Positions 38,630 through 50,607 of a stretch of DNA of 64,000 nt are shown here, piece after piece. The stretch's first letter is position 1. Each line of letters opens with the position of its first letter. Under the pieces are notes generated by a model that was not told where the DNA came from, did not search any database, and saw only the letters and a program-made list of their open reading frames with translations. Source of the DNA: Takakia lepidozioides (Eukaryota > Plantae > Bryophyta); contig CM060733.1 in NCBI GenBank assembly GCA_030704615.1, positions 72,292,001 through 72,356,000 on the forward strand, in the 5' to 3' direction. The position numbers and the translations under genes were made by a program.

Positions 38630-38935
38630 ATGCTCAGACTATACCTCTGTTAGTATACCAAACAGGAGCTTGTCCCTCTGACTATACCTTTACTGAGGTA
38701 TCACCATATATGAACCCTAATCTGAGACTATACCTCTGTTAGTATACCAAACAGGAGCTTGTCCCTTTTACTATACCTCTGTTGAGGTATCACCATATAT
38801 GAACCCTAATCTCAGACTATACCTCTGTTAGTATACCAAACAAAACCCTTATTCTTAGACAATACCTCTGTAAAGGTATCATTAATATAAGGGACCCTAG
38901 CAACCTCAGACTATACCTCTGTTAAGGTATCAACA
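38630..38935 (+). repeat. ~89-bp tandem repeat with ACTATACCTCTG subunits
   Basis: CTCAGACTATACCTCTG at 38633, 38722 (variant), 38811, 38905. Confidence 0.85.
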
Positions 38936-39979
38936 TTGAAAGGATTAATGAAATTTAAGGGCCTTTGGAGGATTGTTTGGAGGATATTTGAGGGCCCTTG
39001 GAGGATTGTTTGGAGGATCTTTGGGGTCCTTGGAGGAGTATTGGAGGACCCTTCGAGGAGCTTTGGTGGACAATGTTGAAAAGCTCTTGAAGGATTGATT
39101 GAGGGATATTTGAAGGATACTTTCTACGACCATCCAAGCGGAGGATTACTATTTCATGAGCAGAAACCATGAGCCATGAGCCATGAGCCGCATGAGCCGC
39201 ATGAGCGGTGAGCCGAAGTCTAAGACACGCGGATTTCATGAGCGGACTCCTCCAAATTTGGAAATGCGGCAGATTAAACAAGTATTAAAATAATAGTTTT
39301 TTAATTTGACCTTGCCGTTTTTGGAAGTTCCACATGCTGTAATGCGGCGAAGATATGTCGTCAGTAACAAGTCTGCTCATGGTTTTTTAGATCCGCTCAT
39401 GGAAATGAGTGACCGTACAACGAGAAATCCAGTATACCACGGCAAAAGGACGTCGCATACTGGCCTGTATAGAGTATTCCGCGGTTTTACATGCCTTAAC
39501 ATTGGAATGAAGGTGACCCTTTTGCCGCGATTGAACCAATAGAGTCTGCAGTACTTCACAATTCTGTCATCTTCGGGTATTCGGCGGGAAAGGTTTGTGA
39601 CTCAACTGGGAAATGCGGTGCCGCATTAGGGTTCGCACGTGCAAAATTTCTGGGCGGTTTGGTGTTGGCGAAGGCCGCATCTACCAGTACCTACGACGTT
39701 ACTTGGAAATGCAGCGCCGCATTTCCTTGCCGGGGGTCGAATGAGGAAAGCAAAGTTTGAGAGAGCAGAAAAACAAGAACCCTCCAACACACAAAAATAC
39801 ATGCACGTGGAAACACAAGTGAATGACATAGTATTATCTTAGTTCGAGCAAAACAGGTTACTGGTAGGCAAGACATAAGTCGGACCTTTCTGTGGCCAGA
39901 GTCAGAGCTACTTGCAGCAGTACAGTTCTACTATCCGAAAAGGATGGGCGTACCATTGTGTTGGGACCGCAAGCCAAGC

Positions 39980-42900
39980 TCACTGGTCCCCTGGATCCAT
40001 ATTCAGAAGAGTGTGCACCTCTTGGGGGCTCAACCTTGGTGCATGTATGAAGTGATGAGTTGTGGAATTACACCGGAGTCTCTTTAGGTACACGTGGTAC
40101 AGGCTTGCAAGGGCAGTATGATGCCCCCTCGTTCGCCATGATCTGGAAGTCAGTGCAATTGCAGGTGGGTAATTCTGAAATGGTGATGGTGTACACCTCA
40201 TTGCAAACAGTTGAGCCTGCCGTGGCCATTTGATACACATGCCCGAAGCCTGGTGGGGGCACTTCTGTCGAGCTCTGGATTGTACAGTTCATCCGAAGTA
40301 CATTCCCCATCCTTGTCTCGTTCACTTTTGAGGGAGGTCGCCGCCGTTTCGGTTTCCCCCAACGGTGTGTAGGATGCTTAGAGCTGTCGCGTCCCATTGT
40401 TCTTGCTCTCACAGGGGTCGGTGGTGGAGGCTGTGGAAGCGGAAATGGTTGTCTGCGGACGTCAGTGCGCTGCACCATCCGAAATCTTGCGGCAGTAAGG
40501 GCGTCGGCCTCAACCTGACTCAGATTGCAGCCTGGTTCCACCGGCCACACCGGGGGAGCCTCTGGCATTGTTTGTATGCCGTACTTGGGCTTTCCATACA
40601 CGCAAGTCATAATGTCGTGCTTGTAGAACCAGAACTGGGTGGTTGTCGCCTCCGCAAACTTTGCATGGACAAATCTTCCTGTAAAAGTAGGAGCAGGGAC
40701 AGCCCCATCTGGATTCCTCCTTATTATCTCTAAACAACGTTGCCGTGTATCCACTTGAATTGCGGAACACTTGCCTCGAAACGACGGCTTTGTGCGAGCA
40801 ATTCTCCACTATGACGCAGACACAGTCGTCTCCACAATGGCTTGGCCATACTGCGTAATAGCGGGCGGAATCTGGGGCAAGCGAGCGGTGGGAATTTCTC
40901 GCACGGAATCCCTGCTTGAAGGCGATGGCGATCTGGAATTTCTTGGGCTTCCACTGCTGGAAGACACATTGTACGGCAACATGACGGGACCTCGAGGTGT
41001 TGTTCGAATGTTCTTGTCGGATCTCCAGGAATCCTCTTCGCACCCGGGTTCCTCTTCAATCCTCCGCCTCACAGGGCGAGTACGGACGTCCCCCTCTAGG
41101 TGTTCACCTCTGCGGTACAGAGGCGTCCCTTTGATCTTCTCTCGCAATGTTGTCGCCCATTTCAGTGGATTCTTCGACCTCGAAGCTGTTCGTACCAACA
41201 ATTCCTCCCTGTCCGGCCCAAAGCCCCATTGTTTCCCGCTCAGGAACTTGTAGTACGTGGCTTGCTGCATGATTGCTCTGTCAATGTCCTCCGTTGTGGC
41301 CACTACATCCACCAAATGTGCGGCAGAAGACGCTCGCCAAGAGGAGTGGACTGATTCTGCCATATTCATGTTCGGCATGTCCGTGTCGGAATCCAAGCAC
41401 CGCTCCTACAAGGACACAAACAATGGTGAAGGACCAATGGAAAGGTCCGTAATAGAAAGACAATTGCACGAAAATGACAGCATCATACCTCCCGCATGTA
41501 CTGTCCGAACTGTCGATACCGGAAATGCCACCACCCCAACCAGCTGTGCACGGCTCCCAGATTGGTTGTCTCCACTGCACCTGACGTGTTCCACCAAGCC
41601 TCGATGATAGCAAACTTAACCTCCGCGTCATCAAATGTGGGTGCATCCTTCCACGCCGTACAAAGGACACGGTGTTCAGCCTGGAATGAGCTAGCAACAA
41701 ATTTGGTAGTGTAGTGAGATAGACTCTGCATCTAATGGAATCCACATGATCTCTCTTTCCCCTCCATTGGAACATTGGGGTCCTCACCGTACACACGCCG
41801 CACCGCTGCCCAGTTGGCTTGAGCGTTGTCTGCCATGAATCCCCTGAAATTGGGCTCTGCCAATCCCGCCCTTGCCATCTGCTCATTTATGCCCTCCCAC
41901 AGATGCATCTCCGACTGTGTCCCCTCCCCTTTCATCTCGCAGATTGCAATCGTCATGAGTCTCTTAGAGTGATAGTCATAAACATGCGCACCCATAGTCA
42001 CCCACTGATGGTTTGTAATTCGCTTGATGTGATCAAACATCACCCAAGCATTCGACAAGTTTCCAGTTGTCATGCGAGTGACCAAGTCGACTTCACTCCC
42101 AGGCCCACACGTCAACATTTTAAAAATGTAACAACGATCAGATTCGCTGCCTTGCCCTGGAAACCTGCTACCTTGGATGTAGTCATATCCAGTCATTCGT
42201 TTCACCTCCAGGATTGAGTGCATGTCCGACCCCCGGCCGAACTCCTGCTTGCAAGATACAATGTGATTCCGCACATTTGGACTACAAACGTGCGAGACGG
42301 ACTCCAACAGGTCAAGCATCTCCTCTTCGTTCAAGGGCACTTGGTCTGAACCATCTTCACACATGATTTTGCCAAGAGCAATCTTGTGGGCTGCCTTCAG
42401 CTGAATCTGCTTTGGTCTGGCTCCGGGGCTCAATTTCACCTCCTCTTTTATGATGTCGTGTGCTTCCTGCACAGCCTCATGCATGTTGCCTCACGTCATG
42501 CTTTCGATCCATGTCTGTTAACATCCTTGAGGCTTTGTTTGACGAAGTAACAGGTGGAAACTCGAAGATGACATTGCCATCAACTTTGGGAGGCAGATAC
42601 GTTACCTTCCTGACTGGAAATTTGGCATAGTCGAGAGCAGCCAGCTCGGAGCGAGAACCATCGAGGTGATGTTGTCGTAGGAGCTGCACAATGGACCGGT
42701 TTGGAGTTATGCTCGAGGGTACATGTGTAGCACCTGCAGAGACGTCCATGTCGGATTTGAACGACCATGTGGAGGACATGGGGACCTCAATGCACTCATC
42801 TTCCTCGTCGGAAATGTCGAATACGTCCACACGAGAAGCTATGGAGGGTCTTGACGGTCCAGGTGAGGAATGATTATCGTTGCATACCTCTCTGTTGGCA

Positions 42901-43242
42901 GTGGCCGCCTGTCGGTTTCCCGACTCCTTTGTGGATGGTGTGGGCAGCGACTGATTCGAAAAGGGAATGGGCATTCCCACAGCTTGGTACAGGATGGTGT
43001 CTGATGGGGGTACCGTGCCATTCGATTCCGCAACCTCCGTCGTCACCTAGCACGACAATGGTCTCGTCAACCTGTCCAGGAACATCCTTCCTTTCTTCTT
43101 CCAAATAAACTGTGCCCGGTTTGAGCTTGAATTTGGAACAAAGGTAAGTTTCAGTCATTCTGCAAAGTCCTCCCTCGTTTGGGATCCAGGCTCTCCCAAG
43201 TTGCGGAGGACAGCAAACTATAGCATAGGAATTCGGAGCCAT
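39980..43242 (-). pseudogene. Mutator-superfamily DDE transposase, copy 2 (retains SWIM finger, GCM-like domain deleted)
   Basis: Same D/D/CxxH/E motifs as copy 1. C-terminal YTITISELPTCNCTDF...YCPCK then (frameshift) LYHV is a SWIM finger. About 340 bp are deleted near 42494 relative to 13750-14090. Confidence 0.82.
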
Positions 43243-43637
43243 CAAACACCGCACGAAGTTGGCAAGTGCAAGGTTCAGGATAGCGACAGACCAAGGCTCA
43301 CAGACACCATCTAAGTTGGATCTGCAGAGTCCATCGACGATTGGAAGTCGCACATTGAAGTGGAAAGTATTGTTTCAAGCTACATGCATGAAGGTGGGAG
43401 GTGTGATTCCATATCCACTAAGTATGACAATGATGGCCGATTCGGCGATGAAATAACATCTCCTCACAGTTTCTCCTGAGGGTGGATCAACCAGTATTCG
43501 CGGTGCAGACATGAACGTTCGCACTGACAAGAGCCAGGACTGTTAGTTAAAACGGTTAGACAACCAAATTGTGCTCATTAAGAAAGACCACACTTGTGTT
43601 GTTTCGGAACAATGCAACCCATTGCACATTGCTGAAT

Positions 43638-45545
43638 GGGAATGCGGTCCCGCATCTCAGTTCGACATCATCCTCTCGTTGATTGTGATCGGAACTGCGG
43701 CACCACATTTCCGTCAATAGGGAAACCAAAATACTGGTGCAACGGAAATGCGGTACCAAATTTCAGTCCACTGTAAAAGCAGGCCCATGGAAGAACGGAA
43801 ATGCGGTATTGCATTTAGGTCCAACGAGACTAGGAACACACGGTAGAAAATAATAGCGACAGCGCATTGTCATCGACTAGGACACTTTGGATAAGCAGCA
43901 ACGGAAATGCGGTGCCGAATTTCCGTCCGGTCTATTTCAATGGAATCCAGTGGACGGAAATGAGGTTCCGCATTTCCGTCCGGTGTGCTACTTTCGATTG
44001 CTGTTGAACGGAAATACGGCGCCGCATTTTCGTTTTACATCTTAGTCATGCACCAGTGCGACGGAAATGCGGCACCACATTTCCGTCCGGGGGAAACCTT
44101 TATACTCTCCAGAACGGAAATGCGGTGCCGCATTTCCGTCCAACAAGTACGGTATGTGACAACGGAACGGAAATGCGGTACCGCTTTTCCGTTCTGATTG
44201 AAAATCATGAACCACTGGAACTGAAATGCGGCACAGCATTTCCGTCCGATTCGCACCTTCCGACATTCCACAACGGAAAATGAGGCGCCGCATTTCCGTT
44301 TTGTATCTCAGGCATGGAGCTGTGGGAGGGAAATGCGGCACCGCATTTCTGTCCGGGTGAGACCTTCATACTCTCCAGAACGGAAATGCGGCACGACATT
44401 TCCGTTCAACAACTAAGGTATGTGAAGGTGGAACGGAAATGCGCTACAACATTTCTGTTCTGATTGAAAATCATAAACCACTGGAACTGAAAATGCGGCA
44501 CAACATTTCCGTCCGAGTTGCACCTTCCGATATTCCACAACGGAAATTCGGCGCCGCATTTCCGTTTTGTATCTCAGGCATGGAGCTGTGGGAGGGAAAT
44601 GCGGCACCGCATTTCCGTTCGGGTGAGACCTTCATACTCTCCAGAACGTAAATGCGGCACAGCATTTCCGTTCAACAACTAAGGTATGTGAAGGTGGAAC
44701 GGAAATGCGGTACCGCATTTCCGTTCTGATTGAAAATCATGAACCACTGGAACTGAAATGCGGCACCGCATTTCCGTCCGAGTCGCACCTTCCGACATTC
44801 CAGAAAGGAAATGCGGCGCCGCATTTCCGTTTTCTATCTGTGGCATGGAGCTGTGGGAGGGAAATGCGGCACCGCATTTCCGTCCAGGGGAGACCTTCAT
44901 ACTCTCCAGAACGGAAATGCGGTACCGCATTTCCGTTCGGACTGAAAATCGTGAACCACCGGAACTGAAATGCGGCACCGCATTTCCGTCCGAGTCGCAC
45001 CTTCCGACATTCCAAAACGGAAATGCGGCGCCGCATTTTCGTTTTGTATCTGAGGCATGGAGCTGTGGGACGGAAATGCGGCACCGCATTTCCGTCCGGG
45101 GGAGACCTTCATATTCTTCAGAACGGAAATGCGGTACCGCATTTCCGTTTTGACTGAAAATCGTGAACCACCGGAACTAAAATCCGGCACCGCATTTCCG
45201 TCCGAGTCGCACATTCCGACATTCCGGAACGGAAATGCGGCGCCGCATTTCCGTTTTGTATCTCAGGCATGGAACTGTGGGACGGAAATGCAGTGCCGCA
45301 TTTCCATCCGTGTGAGACCTTCATACTCTCCAGACCGGAAATGCGGCACCGCATTTCCGTTCAACAACTAAGGTATGTGAAGGTAGAACGGAAATGCAGT
45401 GCCGCATTTTCGTCCAACAAGTACGGTATGTGGTACTTAACGGAAATGCGGCGCCGCATTTGCGTTTTCACTCTAACTCATCAGACGTTGGGACGGAAAT
45501 GCCATGATATGTGAACTCGTGGACCAACGGAATTGCGGCACATGT
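43638..45545. repeat. Central palindrome array of copy 2, 53-bp period, roughly 30-35 units
   Basis: Left arms at 44701, 44754, 44807, 44860. Spacers TCTGATTGAAAATCATGAACCACTGGA, CCGAGTCGCACCTTCCGACATTCCA and TTTGTATCTCAGGCATGGAGCTGTGGG were not seen in the copy 1 array. Confidence 0.96.
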
Positions 45546-45899
45546 CTGCACTCTATCTGACTGAAGTGGTAGGAGGCGGCGCGGCCTGACCGTTGGTTAA
45601 TGATGTTTGTTTTCCGGATGGCAGGCGTACCCTTGATGATTTGAATTTCATAATGACGCATAGTCCACGAGGAGACACTTTCGTCCAAGCCTTTCGGACC
45701 CAAGTGGTGCATCACCGCCGTTTCATCTTCTTTTGTCGTGTCTACTTAGTCACCCCTCTCGCGCCCTTTCCATCTGCACTCTTCGCCCCTTTTCCCTGTC
45801 TCTGTTCTTCTTATGCTCGGACCTGAGATGGAGGGAGTTCGTGCACCAGAGAAGAGACATCGTTGCAAGCTCCGAAAATTGTACTTCCGACGTAGCCCA

Positions 45900-48800
45900 A
45901 TGCCGAAGGGGAGGAAGCAGATGCGTCTACAGGAGGAGATTGTCATCTCGCAGTAGCAGGCCACGCAGGCAACCCAGCCACCAGTGAGAGCTCCGTGCTA
46001 TCGGGATGCGCGCAGCTGATCGAGCACCGTAACCCCCCTCATTTTTTTTCTGAAATTCTTAGACTGTATGCTAGGAAACTTGAATGCAGAAGATGTTTGC
46101 ATGCCTAACCGGAAAGATGGACGTATTGGAGGGATCGCATGAATCTGAAGAGCCGCAAGAAGAGTCCGTGGAGCTAGCTGCAGCACGCACACCCAGCCGA
46201 TCCACGAGCACGGGTCTTCCTGCCGGGCCTAGCCCTGTGTGTTTCACGAACGCGGCTTCGAAGGGCAAGTCTTTGTAGTTCAAAGCCCCAAAGAGCGACT
46301 CACGTTCGGAGGTCATGGAGAATCGCCAGCAGGGGTCGGGCCCTTCTCCAGCAAAGACGAAGAAGAAGCAGCCCATCCTTCAACTGGTTTCTGAACCGGA
46401 CCAGGCCGTTCCCCCCCCCCACCCAGGCGAATGAAGCAGAAGGGTACAGGGTAGATTCAATTGTAGTAGACACCTTCACCTGCAAGAATGAGGAAGCACA
46501 AGGCAATCAGGGGGAGGGCGGAGCAGTCCCGCAAAACCGATTCCACGAGCTGAAGCCCAGTTCCTGCTTGATTTCCAGCCTGGTGATGTTGGGGGCGTCT
46601 CTGCTGCAGCGAAGGCAATGGGATCGACCGATTTCGTCGATCTGGTACCGGAGGAGGGTGTTGCGGCTCAACGTTTGCAGCAAGACCTGACCACCGTTGA
46701 GAAAGATCTTCAGAATACTGCAGGCCTGGAGGAGGCCTCTGCAATGGCAGAATTGCCTGCAAAGATTCCCCAGAGTGCAGCTCCAGTTGGGGATGCTCCA
46801 GCTACTCAGCCCCTACCGCCACCTGCAGAAATGTCTCCGGAGGAATTCCAAAGTGCAGCGGATACAATGTTGGAGGAGACACACAGTAGCATTGGCAGAG
46901 TTCTGGGCAGTAGGGTATTCCAGCGGACTCTTCAAATCCCACTCTGTCGCATGGTCTCCCTTCCCATCGTCAGGCAGGCACTTCCCGGAGATGTGGATAA
47001 GCTCAAGTTCGCATTTCGAGAAGGGTACCGTCTAGGTTCGCCAGCCTTCTACGTTTCCATTGAGAATGAGGACGGCAAAACTCGTGGACCCACTGCGGAT
47101 GAATTGTCAACATGGGATACCCACTGGCACACTCGCAACGACGAATTCGAGGCAACGCTGAAGGGTGATCCAGACGGCCATATGTCGGGTAAAATGTTCT
47201 TTGTGTGGGACGGGAATCACCGACTTCTTGCCTAGTGGGAGTACATCAAGCAGAACCATGCCAAGCATATTGGCTGGCATTACATGGTGGAGTGTGTCAT
47301 CCTCAAGGTGAAGGCGGCAGACTCCTCCCTACTCAAGAATGCCATGGCGGACCTCAACTCGTAAGATACTCATACCCTCCCAAGCACGTTCGAAATGCGG
47401 TGCCGCATTTCGGTTTCCAATTTGTTTTGTTTCTGTGCTCCGTGGACTGAACTGGAGAGTGTGCCTTGCAGGGTCACTGAAAATGCGTACGTGCATACCC
47501 ACATGGCACATATGCTGTACAGGGTGAGGAAAACTGGTCTCACTGATCCGCACATGTTTGCGGAAATGCTGGAGCCCGAGCTCATTCAGAAAGCCGTGGC
47601 AAAAACTGATCGGACATGGTATCGTCTCACTATGGATGGAATGGTGGAGGTGATATACGAAGTAAGTCGTCCTCCCATTTCCCTCTGCTCATCCTTCCCC
47701 AATTTTCAGTAATCTTTCCACATGAATCAAATATAACGTTTCTGCATGTTTTTGTTGGCAGTCAAACATCAAGCTGGATTTGGCCCATGCCAAACGCTTC
47801 TTCATGGAAAGTGAGGGGCTGGTCAAAACGTTGCAGTCATTGACTGAGCACTTGAAGGAAGCCGGGGTCAAGTCCAGAATGAAATACAAGTCAAAGCTTG
47901 TGAAGCTGGTGGCCATTGCAGATCCGGCACTTGGAAAGGACTTCATCCCCGAGATTGCAAAACACTATTCTCAGGCCATGCAGCCGACCATGCAGTTGGA
48001 GAAACTGCATCACCTCTCAACAGCATGTGTTGAGGCGAAAGAGAAGGTGAGGTTTCAATGCACTGAAGTTCCTTCCTAGCAATAGCCACTCTTCTTCCTA
48101 CTCCTGACATTGGATCGGAAATGGCAGACACGGTGGCTGTCGATCTGGAATGCATCGGAGAGTATAAGGACAATGTGGTCTTTTCCACTCGAAGTTTCCG
48201 ACCTTGCAGCGGATGTGTGGCTCAACCGCATGACTTGGTGGTTCCAGGTAATTCAAGGTACTTCCCCCGATTTGCTTTTCTGAAATGAATTCCCTGAACT
48301 GCTACGTGACAATGCATGTGGGAATCACAGGTAATGACGAATGCGAAGGAGCAAGTCGTAATGCATACAAATTCGTTCGGCTTGTACGTCAAATGGGATG
48401 GAACACAGACATTGGAAGACTACGTGACACGTTTCAGATGTGCGTACAAGGACAACCTCTTCGCCAGGGAGCTGCAGACAGCAAGAAGGAGCGTGGAGTT
48501 TACAAATCTGGAGGGAGCGGGAAAAGCTGTGATGCGAATTGTTTACAGGTGAAGCCCAGCTGCCCTTGTATGCGAAGCCTGGTTATGAGGTTTGTCTGGG
48601 AAATGCGGCACCGCATTCGTATTTTATGTTTTCGGTTGCACTCTGCGAGTACGTTGGTCTCAACTTTTGCTCACGCATGCTGACTGCCCTGCAGGCATAT
48701 AAGAAATACATGCTTCTTCAGACAGGGGCCCTGGCTCAAGAGCCCCTGTTCTTCATGGCTTGGACCGTGGCGGGCCCAAGCTGTGTCTACACACCCAAGA

Positions 48801-50607
48801 TGCAGAAACAATGGCATGCCGCGCATCTCGTTGGATGCCCGTGGTACCTGGACATGTCTGGCGGAATTGTTGACGAGTCTGAGAAAGATCTGAATGTGAA
48901 AGCAGAAGAGAAGAGAAAGGAAAGACGTGTCCCTGCTGGGCCAGAGTCGGCAAATGAAGCTGCTGCTCTGGAACATCTAGAAAGGCAGCTAAGATGGCAC
49001 AGAAGACGGTGGATGCAGCTGTGCAGGCTCAACAGAAGGGGTTGAAGAAGAGGACTTGCTAGCAAGGAGCAGCAGTTGTGACACCAAAGAAAACGAAGAA
49101 GCAGAAACAGATAGAGCAGGAAGAGGGTGACGAAGAGGACTCCGATGGAGACTTTGCAACCAGCCCACCCCCCGAAACGCAGCCGAAATCCCCTGTGCCC
49201 ACCGTTGTCACGAGAGGGACGAGAACAGGCTCGGCAAAGAAGACACTTTTCAACCCCCCGGGGGGGCACCCTTTCGAGCCGGTGGAAATAAAGAGGCCGA
49301 AAGTGGATCCCGATACAGTAGTCCAGTGTGTAAATGAGAGTTTCTGGGCGGCTTTGGATGGACGGGCAGCCAAGTTGGCATACATGAAGACCATGGAGGG
49401 TTTGAAGGGCAGAGTACTGAAGAAGGCGGCTGCCGAAGAGCCTTCCGACACCCCTGGGTTTCTGAAGATGGTCTCGTTCTTTGAGAGGGTGTGTGCAGAC
49501 AAGGATTGTAGGAAGGGCGGAAATGCCACCGAGTGGTCTTGCGATATGATCATCTTGGATATTCCGGACGGAGAGCCTGTGGAAGGACTGCAAGCTTTGC
49601 CATCTTTGGAACATGTACTCCGAGGACTTTTGGAAGAAAGGATTCGGACTCGCCCGCATGGTGTTGGACGATAGAGGCTGTGTGGTTGTCCTGGCGAGTA
49701 GAGGCAAAAACACGCAGACGAGAATTGCGAAGTGGACCCGCAAGAGCACCGTCCCAATTCTGAAGAAGAAATGGACGTGCATCAACACATTGGGCCTTCG
49801 GTCGGAAGGGAAGAAGGTAATTACGACATTGGCACTCATCCTTTCATTTTCTTAGGTGTTTTGAAATGCGGTGCCGCATTCGATTTCTAATCGTTCCCCA
49901 CTGTGTATGCAGACAAAGCAGTTTGATGCATACTGCTTTGTGAAGGAGAACTCCACCTTTGCTTTCCGGAAGGAGGGATTGTTGGTTGACCCGAACTACG
50001 ACCCCATCGATTACGACGTCCTGTTCAACAACGTTCCCACAGAACTTCTCCCTCATAGCCTCACTTCAACGGAACCCCTGCGGTATTCACGGACTCGGAG
50101 CCCTGCCTTCATTCAGACAATTATGGAGACATGCACTGACGTGGAGGGCACAGTGCTCGACCTCATCTGTGGGACAGGTATGCAAAATCTTGTTCTATTT
50201 TGTTCTGCAAATTCTCGTTATGCTTTAATTTGCAACATTTGAAGGGCCATGTTATAATGTGTGGATGGCATTGTAACAGGTGCCTCAATGTGGGCTGGGC
50301 GGTTTTCCGACCGGCACCTCTTTGCCTACGAGGAGGACACATCCGTCTGGGGATCCCATCTGGGGATCCCATTTGGAAGGGCTTCAACGGAATGTGAAGG
50401 CTCCCATTGAAGCCAAAGACTCCTCGGATTCATCGGAGTCGGAGGAAGAGACAGTGGACATTGATGCCGAGGAGAACCCGGAATACGAGTGAGTGCAAAC
50501 ATTGTAAGTTTGCAAAGCCTTCTAGGTGATTTTTTGTCAAACGCATTTCCGGACTGTGGTTCTCATTGGTCTCGTTGGTGATTGTTATGTGCAGGATTCC
50601 AGGATCC
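45900..50607 (+). pseudogene. Multi-exon ParB/Srx-like + beta-class amino-methyltransferase-like gene, copy 2 (decayed, last exon truncated)
   Basis: VWDGNHRLLA at about 47204-47232; CDMIILDIPDG at about 49540-49572; VLDLICGTG|ASMWAGRFSDRHLFAYEED across intron 50178-50279. Other introns: 47361-47471, 47662-47761, 48248-48330, 48590-48694, 49817-49912, 50489-50594. Confidence 0.78.

Larger units (their letters stand above)
39150..50607. mobile_element. Large Mutator-like DNA transposon, copy 2 (inverted relative to copy 1; right end truncated)
   Basis: Reverse-complement homology to 2999-16122; palindromes at about 39608 and 39705 beyond the transposase stop; homology ends at GGATCC 50602-50607. 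The left boundary is approximate. Confidence 0.8.

Noticed and set aside
48787-49839. 350-aa minus-strand ORF
   Set aside because: It is the antisense shadow of the ParB-MTase exon, is not kept open in copy 1, and has no motifs.
50602-50607. GGATCC (BamHI site) exactly at the element/Ty3 junction, hinting at an artefact
   Set aside because: The hexamer is native to the element (2999-3004 in copy 1), and one 6-mer coincidence is weak evidence; read data would be needed.
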